From the NCBI GenBank assembly GCA_949358305.1, contig OX442314.1, positions 32,550,001 to 32,614,000 on the forward strand: a stretch of 64,000 nt of DNA. The letters run 5' to 3'. Source of the stretch: Strigamia acuminata (lineage: Eukaryota). This document shows positions 1-11,890 of the stretch, piece after piece (the first letter of the stretch is position 1; every line of letters starts with the position of its first letter). Made by a program: the position numbers and the translations under genes. The notes beneath the pieces were generated by a model. That model did no database searches, had not been told where the DNA came from, and was given only the letters and a program-made list of their open reading frames with translations.

Positions 1-522
1 AGGAAATTAACTTAAACTTTAATTATTCAAGTCAGAAATCTAGTTTACAGATATCTGGCATTTAACTAAAACTCATAAAATAATTATCACTTACACGCTT
101 TTGTTCAATACAAACTATATGTCTTACCTCTATCTTAATTCTAAAATAAATAACACAAATGAAAACAATTTAAGTTATTATCATAACATAACTTACAAGT
201 TAGGCATATGCCTAAGTTTTGTTATGATAATACCTAAGCTCATGCCTGTCCATGCACTAGAAAGCAGTTGCTAGTTTGGGAACTCTAGGAGAACTGATCT
301 TATTAGGAAGCTTCTGTTACTAAGTTAACTTCTATTCCCCCTGTTAACTTCAATAGCTCAAACCGATTACATCACAATGCAAACGCCATCTGTTGAGCTT
401 TTATTGCACTGTACCAGCTGAAATGAAGCACAGAAGCCAGCCAATTCACGGTATGGCTTAAACACGAGACAAAATCATTTTCTCTAGAAATTCTGTATGT
501 AATTGATCTTAATCCAAATAAA

Positions 523-2625
523 TTGCTCACTTCAATATATGTTAACACCCAACATTTTTCAGAATTCATTTTTTATTCAAGTTGCCTATTCTTTTATCAG
601 CAATATGACTTCGTCAGAACGATATTTGGAATGAGTACAGAACGTGTGCTGAATTTCGACTTTGTCAATTCTCCGATCTACAGAGACACATTTGCATTCG
701 TCATACGAGAGGACAGTGTCATCAAAGAATACTTATGGTTGACATTTTTCAAACCGTTTTCTGTGGTTGTTTGGTTGTGTATTTTAGCTACTTATTTGAT
801 CATCGCGCTATCTCTTGCTTCGATCACCCAAAACCACAAAGGTAAACCCTCAACTTCAGGTAAATACACTTCAAAAGATTACTAATCAATTTACAAGCAA
901 TATTACTTTTATTGTACATCAAAGGTTATACTATTACTGGAACGGAAAACTTGTTTCGTTTGCTAATCATTTCAAGCTACAGTGTGGTACTGTATTCATC
1001 ACTCACTGTTACAACATCACGCCTGCAATACAACAGCATTCAAGACGTATTGTTAGACGACCGAGTCAACCTTTATGCTTTTGGAGTGCGGTTCCCTTAC
1101 ATGCTAATTAAGGTAATGGATAGAAATGTCAAAACAGCTGACTTGAATTGTTACACTATTAAAATATCAAAAGGTGCCTGTTAAACATACTTATGCGGTT
1201 CAGAATGCAATATTTTATGCCTTTTTTTTGGTTGGAATTGTGCACCCATGTATGATAGAGTTTAGTACAGACCAACAAATGAAAGTGTATGGATTTGGAA
1301 TTTGTAGGTGGTACTTGTAATTGCATAGTGTGTTCTTATTTTTCTATGGCAGAATGCAGAAACAAATCTTACACGGGAAATTTGGCATCGGATGGAAAAA
1401 AGTCCCGGAGAAGGAAACATTTCCTTCACTGATGCTCCAAAACTACTTTCGAAGAACAAAAACGCCATCATCGAAATGTACATTCAACTCAAACAGATGT
1501 ACGGACAAAACTGTACGTTTAGTTTTATAAAAATTCCCATTGGGGATATGTCAGCTTATTTCATGTTTAATAAAAAATCTAAATATGTTGACTTATTATT
1601 AATCCGTTTAACCTACGTGCCGGATGTGCCGCAAAGGCACGCTACACCAGCAACCGAACTGAACTCTATCTGCCCAGAAAAGCATTAAAATCTGTAATTT
1701 CTTTTTGGGGGGAAGTTCAGTTATTTGGAGGCAAAAGATGTTTTTTGGGGAGTTAAGGAGTTTTTTTGTTTAATTTTCTTTGGGGGCGAAAACAGTTTTT
1801 TTCGGGGGGGGAACCATTATTTTTGGGAGGCCATTAAATCAAATCTTAAAAGAATTGGGTGTACTAGTAGTATACTTCTGGTACTCACTGTACAAATAAG
1901 CTTTCCTTGACGGGCAGAATTGCAATAGATTTTAGGCCACGTAAACATTACAATAGCAAATTATGGTCATATTTTTATTGTAGAATTCACAAACAAATCT
2001 TACACGGGAAATTTGGCGTTGCATAGAAAAAAGTGCCGGAGAAGGAAACATTTCCTACAGTGATGCACCAGGGTTGCTTTCGATGAACAACAATGCCATC
2101 ATCGATTTGTACAATCTCCTCACACAGATGTACGGAGAAAACTGTGCGTTCAGTTTTATAAAAATTTCGATTGCTGTTTCAAGTTATTACATATTAAATA
2201 AAAAATCAAGATATGTGGAATTTTTTAATCAGAAGTGAGTAGCGGTGGGGGGAGAATAAATTTGCAAAACTTGCAATTTGCATTTCAGCATTTTAAACTT
2301 AAAAGAAAAAGGAATCATAAGCAGACTTGAGGATAAGTACAAAACAACAGCTTTTTGCGAGATAAAAAACTATGCGTACAAGTTATCACACAATTACAGC
2401 ATTTCTAATTTTGATTGGCGGAATCTTTTGCTCTGGAATAATATTTTTTATGGAGCTTTGGTTTTCCACCTAGTTTCAATCTTCTTGCAGCGTGCGTGCA
2501 ATAGACTAGTGTCAAAAATAATTATTAGGTACATTGTAGAATTGTTACTTCTATACCAATATTTACAACTATACTTGCACGTGATTAATTTATTTTTGTT
2601 AGAATCATTTCATTTCATTTTTTAA
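523..2625 (+). CDS. Divergent ionotropic receptor (IR/iGluR-like) chemoreceptor, multi-exon, partial model
   Basis: ORF 523-885 has FAFVIR...LTFFKPFSVVVWLCILATYLII, the S1/pre-M1/M1 'F.KPF...VW' signature. Next exon has RLLIISSYSVVLYSSLT (M3-like). Later exon has LKEKGIISRLEDKY. GT donors at ~860, ~1112 and ~2236. Boundaries approximate; may be degenerate. Confidence 0.65.
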
Positions 2626-2936
2626 ATAGAATGTTTGTAGATTTATTATAAAAAATGAGAATAGATTAAACATTTGACGTCTCTTAATGCTTTGGCAATT
2701 AGATCTTCCGAGATGGCACAATCAAATCAACATTTTTCAAACCAAAATTCCTGATATGTGGTCACTCATGTTTAGCATTTTCAGGGGTTGTGTAAGTTGA
2801 CGGAGCCTCGAAGTGAAAAATGTCAATAGAATCTAAAAATGGCTCTGATTAGCGCGGTAGGAATTGATTTTACTGGGTGTTAAATTTAAGAGCAAGAAAT
2901 TTCGATTGTAGAATCACTCATTTATTAATCGTTACA

Positions 2937-3971
2937 TCAAAATTGCAGCCACTGATGGCCGAGTGACTTCTTTGCTGAGGAGCGGTCGTTTGGATTAATC
3001 GCCAACATTGGCAGTAAAAAATCCGCAAATTGCTGCGCTTCATCAACATTCCATCTAAATTTTCTCGTCAACAGCTGTACTAGTCCGTCACTTTGGAGTT
3101 TAGGGTATTTTTTTAGTTTCCCTTTATCGGTGAATAAATCCTTTCTATTCTTCGCCCTAAAAACCATCTTGAGCGGGATATCTCCGAGCAACCTGGCAAT
3201 CTGAGCCAAATGCTCCTCGTCCTCCTCGAGACTTTCGTTGACATGAGACCCAAAGAGATACGACCCAGTCGCCAAATCGAACGCCGTGCAAGCGGCGCTC
3301 CAAATGTCGGCACTGGACCCATACCCGACTCCCAGCAACACTTCGGGACTCCGATAGCAACACGTTTGGATGAGATCTTCAAAGTGGTGGTTTACGTAAC
3401 ACGCACTTCCAAGATCGGCGATCTTAACAGTCACTTCACTCACCGGCTCAACTCTCCATCTCGCTAACTTCCCCGTGTCGTTTTCGCCCACGCAAATATT
3501 CTCCGGTTTTATGTCCGTGTGGATCATCTTACATTTCGTGTGCAGGAAGTCCAAGCCTTCGAGCACCTGTCTCATCATGTTCTTTACGATGGGTATTGGG
3601 AAGCCCCTGGGTGCCAACTTAGCGATTAATGTCGACAAACTGTCCCCCAACACCTCGAACACCATGCAAATGTGGTCGCCATTAATGCCGGAAATGATAA
3701 AGTTATCCAGCAATTGCACAATTTTCGTTTTACCTTCATCGTCACAATTTTGAACGCATTCGAGAAATCGGATTTCCTCATTGATGAGTTCGGTCATTCC
3801 GAACCCGCACCTGGCTATCTTCAACGCTTTCGAGCGAGTGTCCCGTTTGTCCGAGCACAGCCAGACGGTGGAATATGATCCCAAACCGAGTTTTCGAATG
3901 ACGGTGTACCTGGCATGAAATAAGTCGCCGATTTTCACCAGAAGGTAACCACCAATTCCGAAGTCTTCCAT
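2937..3971 (-). CDS. SRPK: SRPK-family (SR protein) serine/threonine kinase, intronless, short spacer
   Basis: GGYLLVKIGDLFHARYTVIRKLGLGSYSTVWLC, HICMVFEVLG, IHTDIKPENI, VKIADLGSAC, IQTCCYRSPEV, ADIWSAAC are SRPK-type kinase motifs (DLG in place of DFG). Confidence 0.93.
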   Translation of the reverse strand: MEDFGIGGYLLVKIGDLFHARYTVIRKLGLGSYSTVWLCSDKRDTRSKALKIARCGFGMTELINEEIRFLECVQNCDDEGKTKIVQLLDNFIISGINGDHICMVFEVLGDSLSTLIAKLAPRGFPIPIVKNMMRQVLEGLDFLHTKCKMIHTDIKPENICVGENDTGKLARWRVEPVSEVTVKIADLGSACYVNHHFEDLIQTCCYRSPEVLLGVGYGSSADIWSAACTAFDLATGSYLFGSHVNESLEEDEEHLAQIARLLGDIPLKMVFRAKNRKDLFTDKGKLKKYPKLQSDGLVQLLTRKFRWNVDEAQQFADFLLPMLAINPNDRSSAKKSLGHQWLQF

Positions 3972-5761
3972 TGCTATTATTGCTACTTTGTTATTAAGTT
4001 ATCGGGTGTGCTGATTTGGCTCTGGTAGTCAGAATATGAGTTATAGTTTCCACCTCCTTGGTTTATATATGCCTTGATTTCGGGTACGTAGTCAAACGTA
4101 GCGGGTGGGCTATTGACACGTTGGCTTGACGTTCGACATTTACTCACGTCTTTTAGTTGGCGACGGCGCATTGCAGCCTGTACTAACAACGTTACTTAAT
4201 AGATTCGTTCTACACAAAACGTGCAGAAGGAAAAAAATCGGGATGCCTGGCTTCTCTGCGGGGTTCCTCGTGACCTTAACTTTACAGTTCGCACATTTTT
4301 CCGTATGTTTCCGTTACGTTAAGACATTTGGTTTATGGTTCTGGAAGATTCTCGTATAACTGAGCTGTAGTTAAGGTATATGCGTGGAATTAAAAAAGAA
4401 AGATTCCCAAGGTGTGGTTTTCCCTCTGCATTTATTTGGTTGGGGTGGAAAAATGAGTAAAAAAGCAATTAAGAGCCAATTACGAGGGCGACAAGCGATA
4501 GCAGTCTTTTTATTTTCTTTTTTTCCTGGCACTTTGCGCCAGCTGCGAAATAATATGATCGCCTGGGAACGATGTATAAAAGTTAAAATTAAGAAAATGA
4601 AATTAGGAAACAGAAAAAGAAAATGCCAGTGCAGCAAACTTAATTAAATCATCATTGCTAAATCTCCAAAAACGTAATTACAACACCATCACCTCCTTTG
4701 TCAATTGAATTTATCCAGTTTTTGAAACTTTGTTTGTTTTTAGGCAATTCACACACACAAAAAAAAATTATCCTTTTCAACTGACTTAATGGCCCAAAAC
4801 AACTTTAATTTTTGAAAAGCACTAAAATCTGATGAACGCAATTAACCCTTCGAAGTCCCTATAGTTCTCCTTTAGCGATAGTAGTCTTTATTTTTTCCAG
4901 TTTGCTTTGTCGCGTCCTACCTGGTGATAGGTTTAAAGAGCTAACGTGTATTACTTTACCTGTGATTCTACTAAATATGTAAATTACCCAAATGAATACT
5001 AAGTATATGTAAATGAACAAACAGGTTTATTCAATAGGCGTAAGCCTTAAAATACACTCAGTATAAAACTAGAGTCGACTTGGTCAGAGTCGAACAAAGG
5101 ATTTCTCAAGATGGCGTCGTCGGTTCCGCGTGGTCGGCGGAACAAAGGCGGCGTCTCGAGTTGTCGTTAATTCGTCACGGATTCGTCGTTCACGGACGCG
5201 GTGGAATGCTCTTTCGAGTCTTCTATCCGTGCCTGTTGTCTAGGGGTTGGTTTTAGCGTCGCAAGGCTCCGTCCAGAAACGTGGAGTTTCTTACAGGGCA
5301 CTCGGACACTTCGCAATGGAAATAATCGTGGGTCGATTATTCGGTGTGAATCCACAAGGGTTATTTTCCTGCTTTCGCGGGGAAATAACACACAGTGTAA
5401 ATTCGTGAGAGTTACAGTTGCACTGGAATCAGCGGTCCTCGATCAATCCTAACTTTTGGTGGAGTTGGCCTGACGGTGAGGTAGTTGCTGTGTTCTTGGT
5501 GTCGTTTGTGTAAGTTCTGCTTGTAGGGCGCGAAACTCTACCTGATATAGGCCAGGGTGAGGGGCCTGGCTCGGCCAATGGGGGCCGTCCACGCATCACC
5601 TCACCCCCTCGGGGCACGCGCTTCCCAGGGGGGGAAGGCGGAGCCAACGCGAGGGAACTGACCTTTCCCAGTGACTCATGCGGATGGCGTCCACTGGAGG
5701 GACGACCACCCGCAGGGTCACCACACGTCCCTCCCTCAGCTTCGATCATCGATCGGGGCGA

Positions 5762-8584
5762 TTACCCTATCTGGTCCCTCAGCGCAATGGCGGGCAACTT
5801 TCCTCCGCGGGGGCGTAGGATTAGGAGATTAACGGCTGGCGGTGGCGGAGGAAGGCCATCGGGCAGCGACGTGGTCAGATTTGCTGGATTCTCCGACTCG
5901 TTAATAAAAAACTGCGTTTGGCCGGGAGGTCCGTCCGTGCTGTTCCTTCTTTCGTGCACCCAGATTTGGGTCGAAGCGGGGAAGCGGTTGGGACATCGAC
6001 GCATTCGCTGCGTTTCCGGCGGGGTGAGGGGCTCTCGGTGAGCCCGCTGGAGCCGCTGGTGGAGGATCGGGTCGTTGGTCAACCTTATCTCCTTCGCCAT
6101 CCATTGCAGGAAGGATTCACCTTGGCGGTGGGTGGCCAGCAACGCTTGACGAGTCGCCTCCGACATCTGTAGGTTAGGATACTCCACCTCCAGTCGTAAG
6201 TAGAGCTGGGTTGGCGCGGGCGCCGGTGGAGGCAGAGGCGGCGGAGACGGTGGCAGCGGAATTTCCAGCGGTGGAGTGGTTTCCTCCAAGGACAGGGTGT
6301 CCATGCTCGTCGAAGGTGGCGAGGGCGACGGCAGCGGGGGAGTCTGGGGTCCCTTGCGTGATCGCTTCGGGATTAACTTTGGCCGCATACTCGCCCTTCG
6401 TTCCTTCGGGAATACAGGCTTTGGAGTCGGGATATAACTCCGGGCGGCAGGCTCGGGAGGAACCGTCTCGGCCACCACGATGGGGCGGACGGCCTCCTCC
6501 TTAGCGGACGCCTCTTCGGCGACCTTTCGTAGCAACGTCGGGTGGACCCCTGGGTTTTTGTAGCGGAACGCCATCGAACGCATTTTCGCGAACTGGAAAT
6601 TCGGGTTTTCCATGGAGCGGGCCAACTCGAACCGGAGGTCGGCCGCGGCTGGCGTAAACTCGGCCCAAAGTTGGTAGAGGGCCCTGTTCAGAAAGACGCC
6701 CTCTCTGTCGATTATGGTCCAGGCGGCCATCGACTGTCGGCCGTCCAGGAAGAGGGCGGGAGACAGGATTTCGGACATCACGCGTGTTACCTCGGCGTTT
6801 AAGCTGCTTCGGCTGAGTGGCAGGGCGCGGTTTGGATCTGCCGAAAAAGTGGCGGATAGTTTGCGCATTTGGGCTATCGCCCAATTGATGTGCTCCGTCT
6901 GAGCGGCGTCAGCCTGCGTCAAGGCCCGTTCGGCGGTAGCGGGGTGCTCACATTCAGCCTGGTGGGCCTGTAGTTCTCCCAAGGTGGGATTCGCTGCCTC
7001 TCGTTGATTTCGGGCATCCCGCTCTTTCTCCTCGTACCACATGGCGTCACGAGCCGGCCTCGGTGCCTGAGTTGGCGGAGGAACCGGCGGGGGAGCCAGT
7101 CCTGGTGGTCGGTGCGGGACGTATTCTAGGAACGCCTCGCCTGGTCGCATGTTTCCAGGGGGCGCCCATCTAGTTATGGCTGGTGGTGGGGCCTCGAGGA
7201 GAGGCGGCCAGCTTGGTTGGACAGGATGGAAGGTTGGTGCGGACGGCGCAGCTACGGTTTGGTCTGTGGAGGACGTCGGCCGGTTTGCGGAGAATCCGCG
7301 GAAGGCGTTGGTGAGTACCTCTGCCAGTTCTCTGCGGGACATGGGTTTTTCCGGCTCCATCTCTTCGTCCAGATCCATTTTTTCTTCGATGGTTTCGCAC
7401 CATCCTTCGGGTCCCTTCTTCCGATCGGAGGACGACACGGCTGCGGGTCCGGCTCTTGGCGAGTCCGAACTACCGGCGGCGGTCGGCCTCTTCTCGGCGG
7501 CGGCGAGTTTCGCTAGCAGGGTTTGCATCCTTTGCCTGCGGCGAGCTCTGCTCTTCCGGTTGCGCCTGGTGTTGGCGGTTTCGACGTGCGAAGGGGTTAC
7601 CGAGTCTCTTCGGATTTTGTACGGGGGTTCCGCTTGGTCGAACATGGTCGACTCTTCGTCTGACGGCCGGACGGTGCGCACTAGGAAGAGAGAGGGCGCG
7701 GCTGCGGTAGCCGCTTGTCTCTCCTGTTCGTCGACCCGGTCGCTCCACGAGTTGGAAGGTCCGGCTTCTGGATCCAGTCGCAATTCGTTGGATGAGGCGG
7801 GTACAATCACAACTGAGCGCAGGCCTCCCGACTGGACGACCGTTCGAGTTCTCGAATCGGAATTGCTCGAGTGGCCGGGTTGCGTCCCACTCGTCGACGG
7901 GCCGCTCTCCTCGGTGGAGAGGGCCTGCCTAATCTGAGCGGGGCCGCCGTTTGAGCTTGAGGCCTGTCTCTTCAGCCTCCTGACTCGTGTGCCGCTCTGA
8001 AGGATGCCGACTTGATGCAACTGCCACATTTCGGCTTGAGTGGCGATAAAGCCGACGGGCGGCACCCACGGTGTTGCTTGGCGGTCTTCGCGGGCCTCTC
8101 GTAACCATTCTTTGATTTCTCCCGTCGAGAAACCATTTCGCTCCAAAACTCGTATTACGGCACTGGTTGCCGTTCGCTCTAGGTGAGCGATCTCTTCGCG
8201 GACGATTCGTCTCCGCTCTTCTGGCGTTGCGGCGTTGCGCCACCGAAGGCCGGTGTGCTCGTCCGCCTCGGTACCGCCGTACCGAGCTCGAAGTAGCTCT
8301 GAAAAGATAGGGCTCGGCGGATTAAAGGCGGGATTGATCCGCGGCCCCACTCTTTCTCGCATTTTTCTGGGCAAACATTCGACCAGCGTCCTCGATCGGT
8401 CAAAGTATTCTTCGATCGCTCGGGAGTAGCGTAATCTCAGGGCCCAGACATCGGTGTCCTCCTCTGGATAGGCTAGCCGGATAAATTCTGGCATTGCTAG
8501 CCGGAAGATGTTGCCCTTGGTGGGCACTGTAGACGGCAGGGCGTCCCATGATTGTAGCGGGTCGATCTGAAGCATTAAATACAT
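5762..8584 (-). CDS. 940-aa intronless Pro/Arg/Ser-rich protein of unknown function
   Basis: Long uninterrupted ORF. AAGATGGCG motif upstream (~8891-8900, minus strand) and AATAAA downstream (5027-5032, minus strand). No RT, integrase or CCHC motif recognised. Confidence 0.7.
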   Translation of the reverse strand: MYLMLQIDPLQSWDALPSTVPTKGNIFRLAMPEFIRLAYPEEDTDVWALRLRYSRAIEEYFDRSRTLVECLPRKMRERVGPRINPAFNPPSPIFSELLRARYGGTEADEHTGLRWRNAATPEERRRIVREEIAHLERTATSAVIRVLERNGFSTGEIKEWLREAREDRQATPWVPPVGFIATQAEMWQLHQVGILQSGTRVRRLKRQASSSNGGPAQIRQALSTEESGPSTSGTQPGHSSNSDSRTRTVVQSGGLRSVVIVPASSNELRLDPEAGPSNSWSDRVDEQERQAATAAAPSLFLVRTVRPSDEESTMFDQAEPPYKIRRDSVTPSHVETANTRRNRKSRARRRQRMQTLLAKLAAAEKRPTAAGSSDSPRAGPAAVSSSDRKKGPEGWCETIEEKMDLDEEMEPEKPMSRRELAEVLTNAFRGFSANRPTSSTDQTVAAPSAPTFHPVQPSWPPLLEAPPPAITRWAPPGNMRPGEAFLEYVPHRPPGLAPPPVPPPTQAPRPARDAMWYEEKERDARNQREAANPTLGELQAHQAECEHPATAERALTQADAAQTEHINWAIAQMRKLSATFSADPNRALPLSRSSLNAEVTRVMSEILSPALFLDGRQSMAAWTIIDREGVFLNRALYQLWAEFTPAAADLRFELARSMENPNFQFAKMRSMAFRYKNPGVHPTLLRKVAEEASAKEEAVRPIVVAETVPPEPAARSYIPTPKPVFPKERRASMRPKLIPKRSRKGPQTPPLPSPSPPSTSMDTLSLEETTPPLEIPLPPSPPPLPPPAPAPTQLYLRLEVEYPNLQMSEATRQALLATHRQGESFLQWMAKEIRLTNDPILHQRLQRAHREPLTPPETQRMRRCPNRFPASTQIWVHERRNSTDGPPGQTQFFINESENPANLTTSLPDGLPPPPPAVNLLILRPRGGKLPAIALRDQIG

Positions 8585-9720
8585 TTTAATTTCGATACCC
8601 TTTTTATAAATATTTGGAATAAAAATTGCGAGATCGGCGGTGGCACCAAAATTTCTTTCGGTTGTGGCCGCTCCTCTCTGTCCTGATTATTCGCAGGTCC
8701 GCGGTGGTTGGCCGCTGGTGTAGCTCAGTCTTTCTCTTGCTACCTTTTTTAGATTCAGGAGGTCCGCTCAAAACAACGTCGCGTAATATAAAAGAATCGG
8801 TTGTTTTTATTTAAGCTTTTCTACTCGTATTTAATTTATTACGAAGTTTCAACGTTACTTTAAGGTTTTAATTTTTTCTAAGTTTTAGCGACGCCATCTT
8901 GGCAAACAGTTCCTTTGTCTGGGTTTGGAGATCGGAGATCTTCGGGTACGAAAATGGTTTCCGCGCCCGAGCTCCGATTCTACCGAAAATCAACAAAATA
9001 AATACAAAAAGAATTCATCAGTCAAGTTATCACGCGCCACAATCCGACATGGTGTCGGATGTCGGCGGATTACATTTTCGATCTTACGGGAAGATCTTAA
9101 CCTTATGGCGCGCATGCGGATTTCGCGGAGTGCGAAACGGACCCTATATTTAACATTACGGCGGCCTATACCTTGACCCCCTGTTCGCAGTCTCGTGGCG
9201 GATTCTGCGGATTTCACCTATTCGTACAATCCGCACGATCGCGCGTGTTTTATCATTCTTGGCAAACCGTTTTTTGAAAACGCGTTGTAACGCATCCTCA
9301 ACTTTACAAATCTCGCTTAGCGCGATCGCGCTATAACGCTTCTTCGTGTCCAACAAAAACAGCCGATTAAAAACGAAACTTCGGGTTTCGCTAAAACGCG
9401 ATTTTGATATCGGGAAGGGCACGTGACCACGTGGGTAAAAATAGAATCGAGTTTCGTGAAAACCTAATTTGGAGAAACGGCGTGGTGGTTTTGCGAAATA
9501 TGTCACATGTCACGTGATCGGACGTTGGATCTCGTACATAAACGTTCGTGCCTGGTCAAACCAGAGTCTTTAAAAAATATAAATGCATTTCCCGATCATA
9601 GGATTAATTTCGCGCCGTGTGCTCCAGTCATTAATTAGGTTATCTTCGTTGCAACTCGTCATAATAAAATTTTTACAGAAAATCAATCGTTTTGTATTTT
9701 ATTTTCATCTTCCGGGGGTC

Positions 9721-9783
9721 TCGCGCCGTCGTAGTGGACGAGAGTCTTCCCGAACACGTTCGACGGGCTTCACGAACGCTTTC
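9721..9783 (+). promoter_or_regulatory. PSE-like promoter of the ncRNA cassettes (representative copy)
   Basis: TCGC(A/G)CC(A/G)TCGTAG.CGACGCGAGT begins 62-65 nt before an A in nearly all cassettes. A second motif CGTTCGA(C/T)GG lies at about -27. No TATA box. Confidence 0.5.
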
Positions 9784-10037
9784 AGATCGAATGCGGAACT
9801 CGGGCCCGCCGCTCGGTCGAGCGGCGCAGTACCCGCCGAGTGGCGTGGTAGCCGGGTTCTCGCGTATGGCGTATGCGTCTTCACTAAAGAAACGCCTCTC
9901 TCGGTCTCAGACTGGCCTTCGGGCCGGTCAAAAAATAAATAAATAAATAAACGAGTCGGAAAATAGAACGCATCCGTCCCGGCGAATAAAAGCGGTTGGG
10001 GTCGCTGAACGGTGGCAGTGGTGGCGGCGGCAACCCC
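9784..10037 (+). ncRNA. snRNA-like cassette 1 (class A, UUCG hairpin)
   Basis: AGATCGA...TCGGTCT closing stem; internal hairpin CGCCGCTCG-GT-CGAGCGGCG; GACTGGCC-TTCG-GGCCGGTC; GGGG..CCCC end; GTCCCAAAAAATAAG at 10046. Confidence 0.55.
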
Positions 10038-10387
10038 GACGACTCGTCCCAAAAAATAAGCTCTCGTATCGGCACCCGTTCGTTTATTTAAATGTGCGCG
10101 CGGTCGCGTGCATTCTACCCGTGTCCGATGTAGCGATCGATACGGGATAAAAAAAATATCACCCGAAAAAGAAAGACGATTAAAATTTTAATTCTCCGGT
10201 CGTGGCACCGACTTTGCGGCTCGTGCTTTAACCGTTAATTAGGTTATCTTCGTCGTAATTCGTTGGAATAAAAATTTTATAGAAAATCAGCCGTTATGCA
10301 TTTTATTTTCATCTTCCGGGGGTCTCGTGCCGTCGTAGTAGGCGTTAGTTTCAATCATCGCGTTCTACGGATTTTGAGGGGATCCTC

Positions 10388-10681
10388 AGATCGAGACCAA
10401 AGTGAGAGGGCCGTCGCCCCCGTCTCGTGCGCCGCTCGATCCCCGTTTGATGACAAGATGGCATTCGCCTCTCCCACCCGAGGATCGGTCGGTGGTGCGG
10501 TATTTATGCTTGTGCTCCAAATGGGTGGTCGACAGGTCCCCAATCGGTCTCGGGCTCAGACTGGCCTTCGGGCCGGTCAAAATAACAAATAAATGAATAA
10601 ATCGGAAATAGAACGCTCCCGTCCCGGCGAGACTAGGGGCGGGTGGCGTCGTTGAGCGGCGGCAGCGGCGGCGGTAGCCCC
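10388..10681 (+). ncRNA. snRNA-like cassette 2 (class A)
   Basis: Upstream motif at 10325 (-63), distinct body, same UUCG hairpin and terminal module. Confidence 0.5.
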
Positions 10682-11041
10682 GACGACTCGCCCCGAAAAT
10701 AAGCTCCCGCACCGGCATTTCTTCGTCCGTCTAAACCTCGCAGCGCGCGTGCGGTCGCGTGCATTCTACTCGTGTCCGGTGTGGCGATCGGTACGGGGTT
10801 AAAAAAAAATATCACACGCAAAAGGAAAAACGATTAAAATTTTAATTCTTCGGTCGTGGAACCGACTTTGCGGTCCGTGCTTCAACCGTTAATTAGGTTA
10901 TCTTCGTCGCAACTCGTCGTAATAAAAATTTCACAGAAAATCAGCCGTTTCGTATTTTATTTTCATCTTCCGGGGGTCTCGCGCCGTCGTTGTGGACGGG
11001 AGTCTTCCCGAACACGTTCGATGGGTTTTGCCAACACTTTC

Positions 11042-11179
11042 AGATCGAACTCGGGACTCGGGCCCGCCGCTCGGTCGAGCGGCGCACAGTACCCGCCGAG
11101 CGGCGCGGTATTCGATACCCGTCTTTGTAAAAGCAGCCGTGCTTCTTCGGTCTCAGACTGGCCTTCGGGCCGGTCAAAA

Positions 11180-11214
<35 letters not shown>

Positions 11215-11281
11215 ATTGGCCGTAAAATTGGGGCAACTGGGGTCGCTGAGCGGCGGCGGTGGCGACAGCAACGACAGCCAC
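11042..11281 (+). ncRNA. snRNA-like cassette 3 (class A)
   Basis: Upstream motif at 10979 (-63). Shares internal hairpins with cassette 1; UUCG hairpin; 3' box at ~11290. Confidence 0.55.
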
Positions 11282-11628
11282 GACGACTCGCCCCGAAAAT
11301 AAGTTTCCGCGTCGGCATCCGTTCGTTCGTCCGTTCGTTTAAACGTGCGCGCGGTCGCGTGCATCCATGACGTGGCGATCGGTACGGAGTAAAAAAAATC
11401 ACCCGAAAAAGAAAGACGGTTAAAATTTTAATTCCCCTGTCGTAGAACTGATTTCGCGGCTCGCCTTCCAACCGTTAATCATTTTATCTTCGTCGCGACA
11501 GATTCGAATAAAAGTTTTACAAAACAACCGTCGTTTTACATTTTTAAATCATTTCCCGGGGACCATGTACCGTCGCGGTAGACGCGAGTCGCGGTCATCG
11601 CATTCGATAGACTTTGCGGACGTTCTTC

Positions 11629-11809
11629 AGATCGAGACCGGAGTACCTGTTGAGTACCAAATGGCCGGTCGGTCGTTGGTGTGGTTCCGTCTCCTAAAAT
11701 GTTCGTCGCCATTTTCTGTTGGTCGAGTCGCCTACCATCCAATGGTCGGTCGGCGGGTCTCGGTCTCAGACTGGCCTTCGGGCCGGTCAAAAAAAAAAAA
11801 AAAAATTAA

Positions 11810-11844
<35 letters not shown>

Positions 11845-11890
11845 ATGACAGTTGGGCTCGTTGAGCGGTGGCGACGGCGGCGGCAACCCC
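11629..11890 (+). ncRNA. snRNA-like cassette 4 (class A)
   Basis: AGATCGAGACC...GGTCTCGGTCT extended closing stem, unique body, UUCG hairpin, 3' box at ~11899. Confidence 0.55.

Noticed and set aside
5107..8901. Inverted termini (CAAGATGGCGTCG / CGACGCCATCTTG) of a DIRS-like element
   Set aside because: Only 13 bp, coincides with a common YY1-like motif, and no RT or tyrosine recombinase is present.
9895..9935. Hammerhead ribozyme or bacterial rho-independent terminator
   Set aside because: No CUGAUGA/GAAA core in the proper arrangement; the hairpin is followed by As on the plus strand, and the context is eukaryotic.
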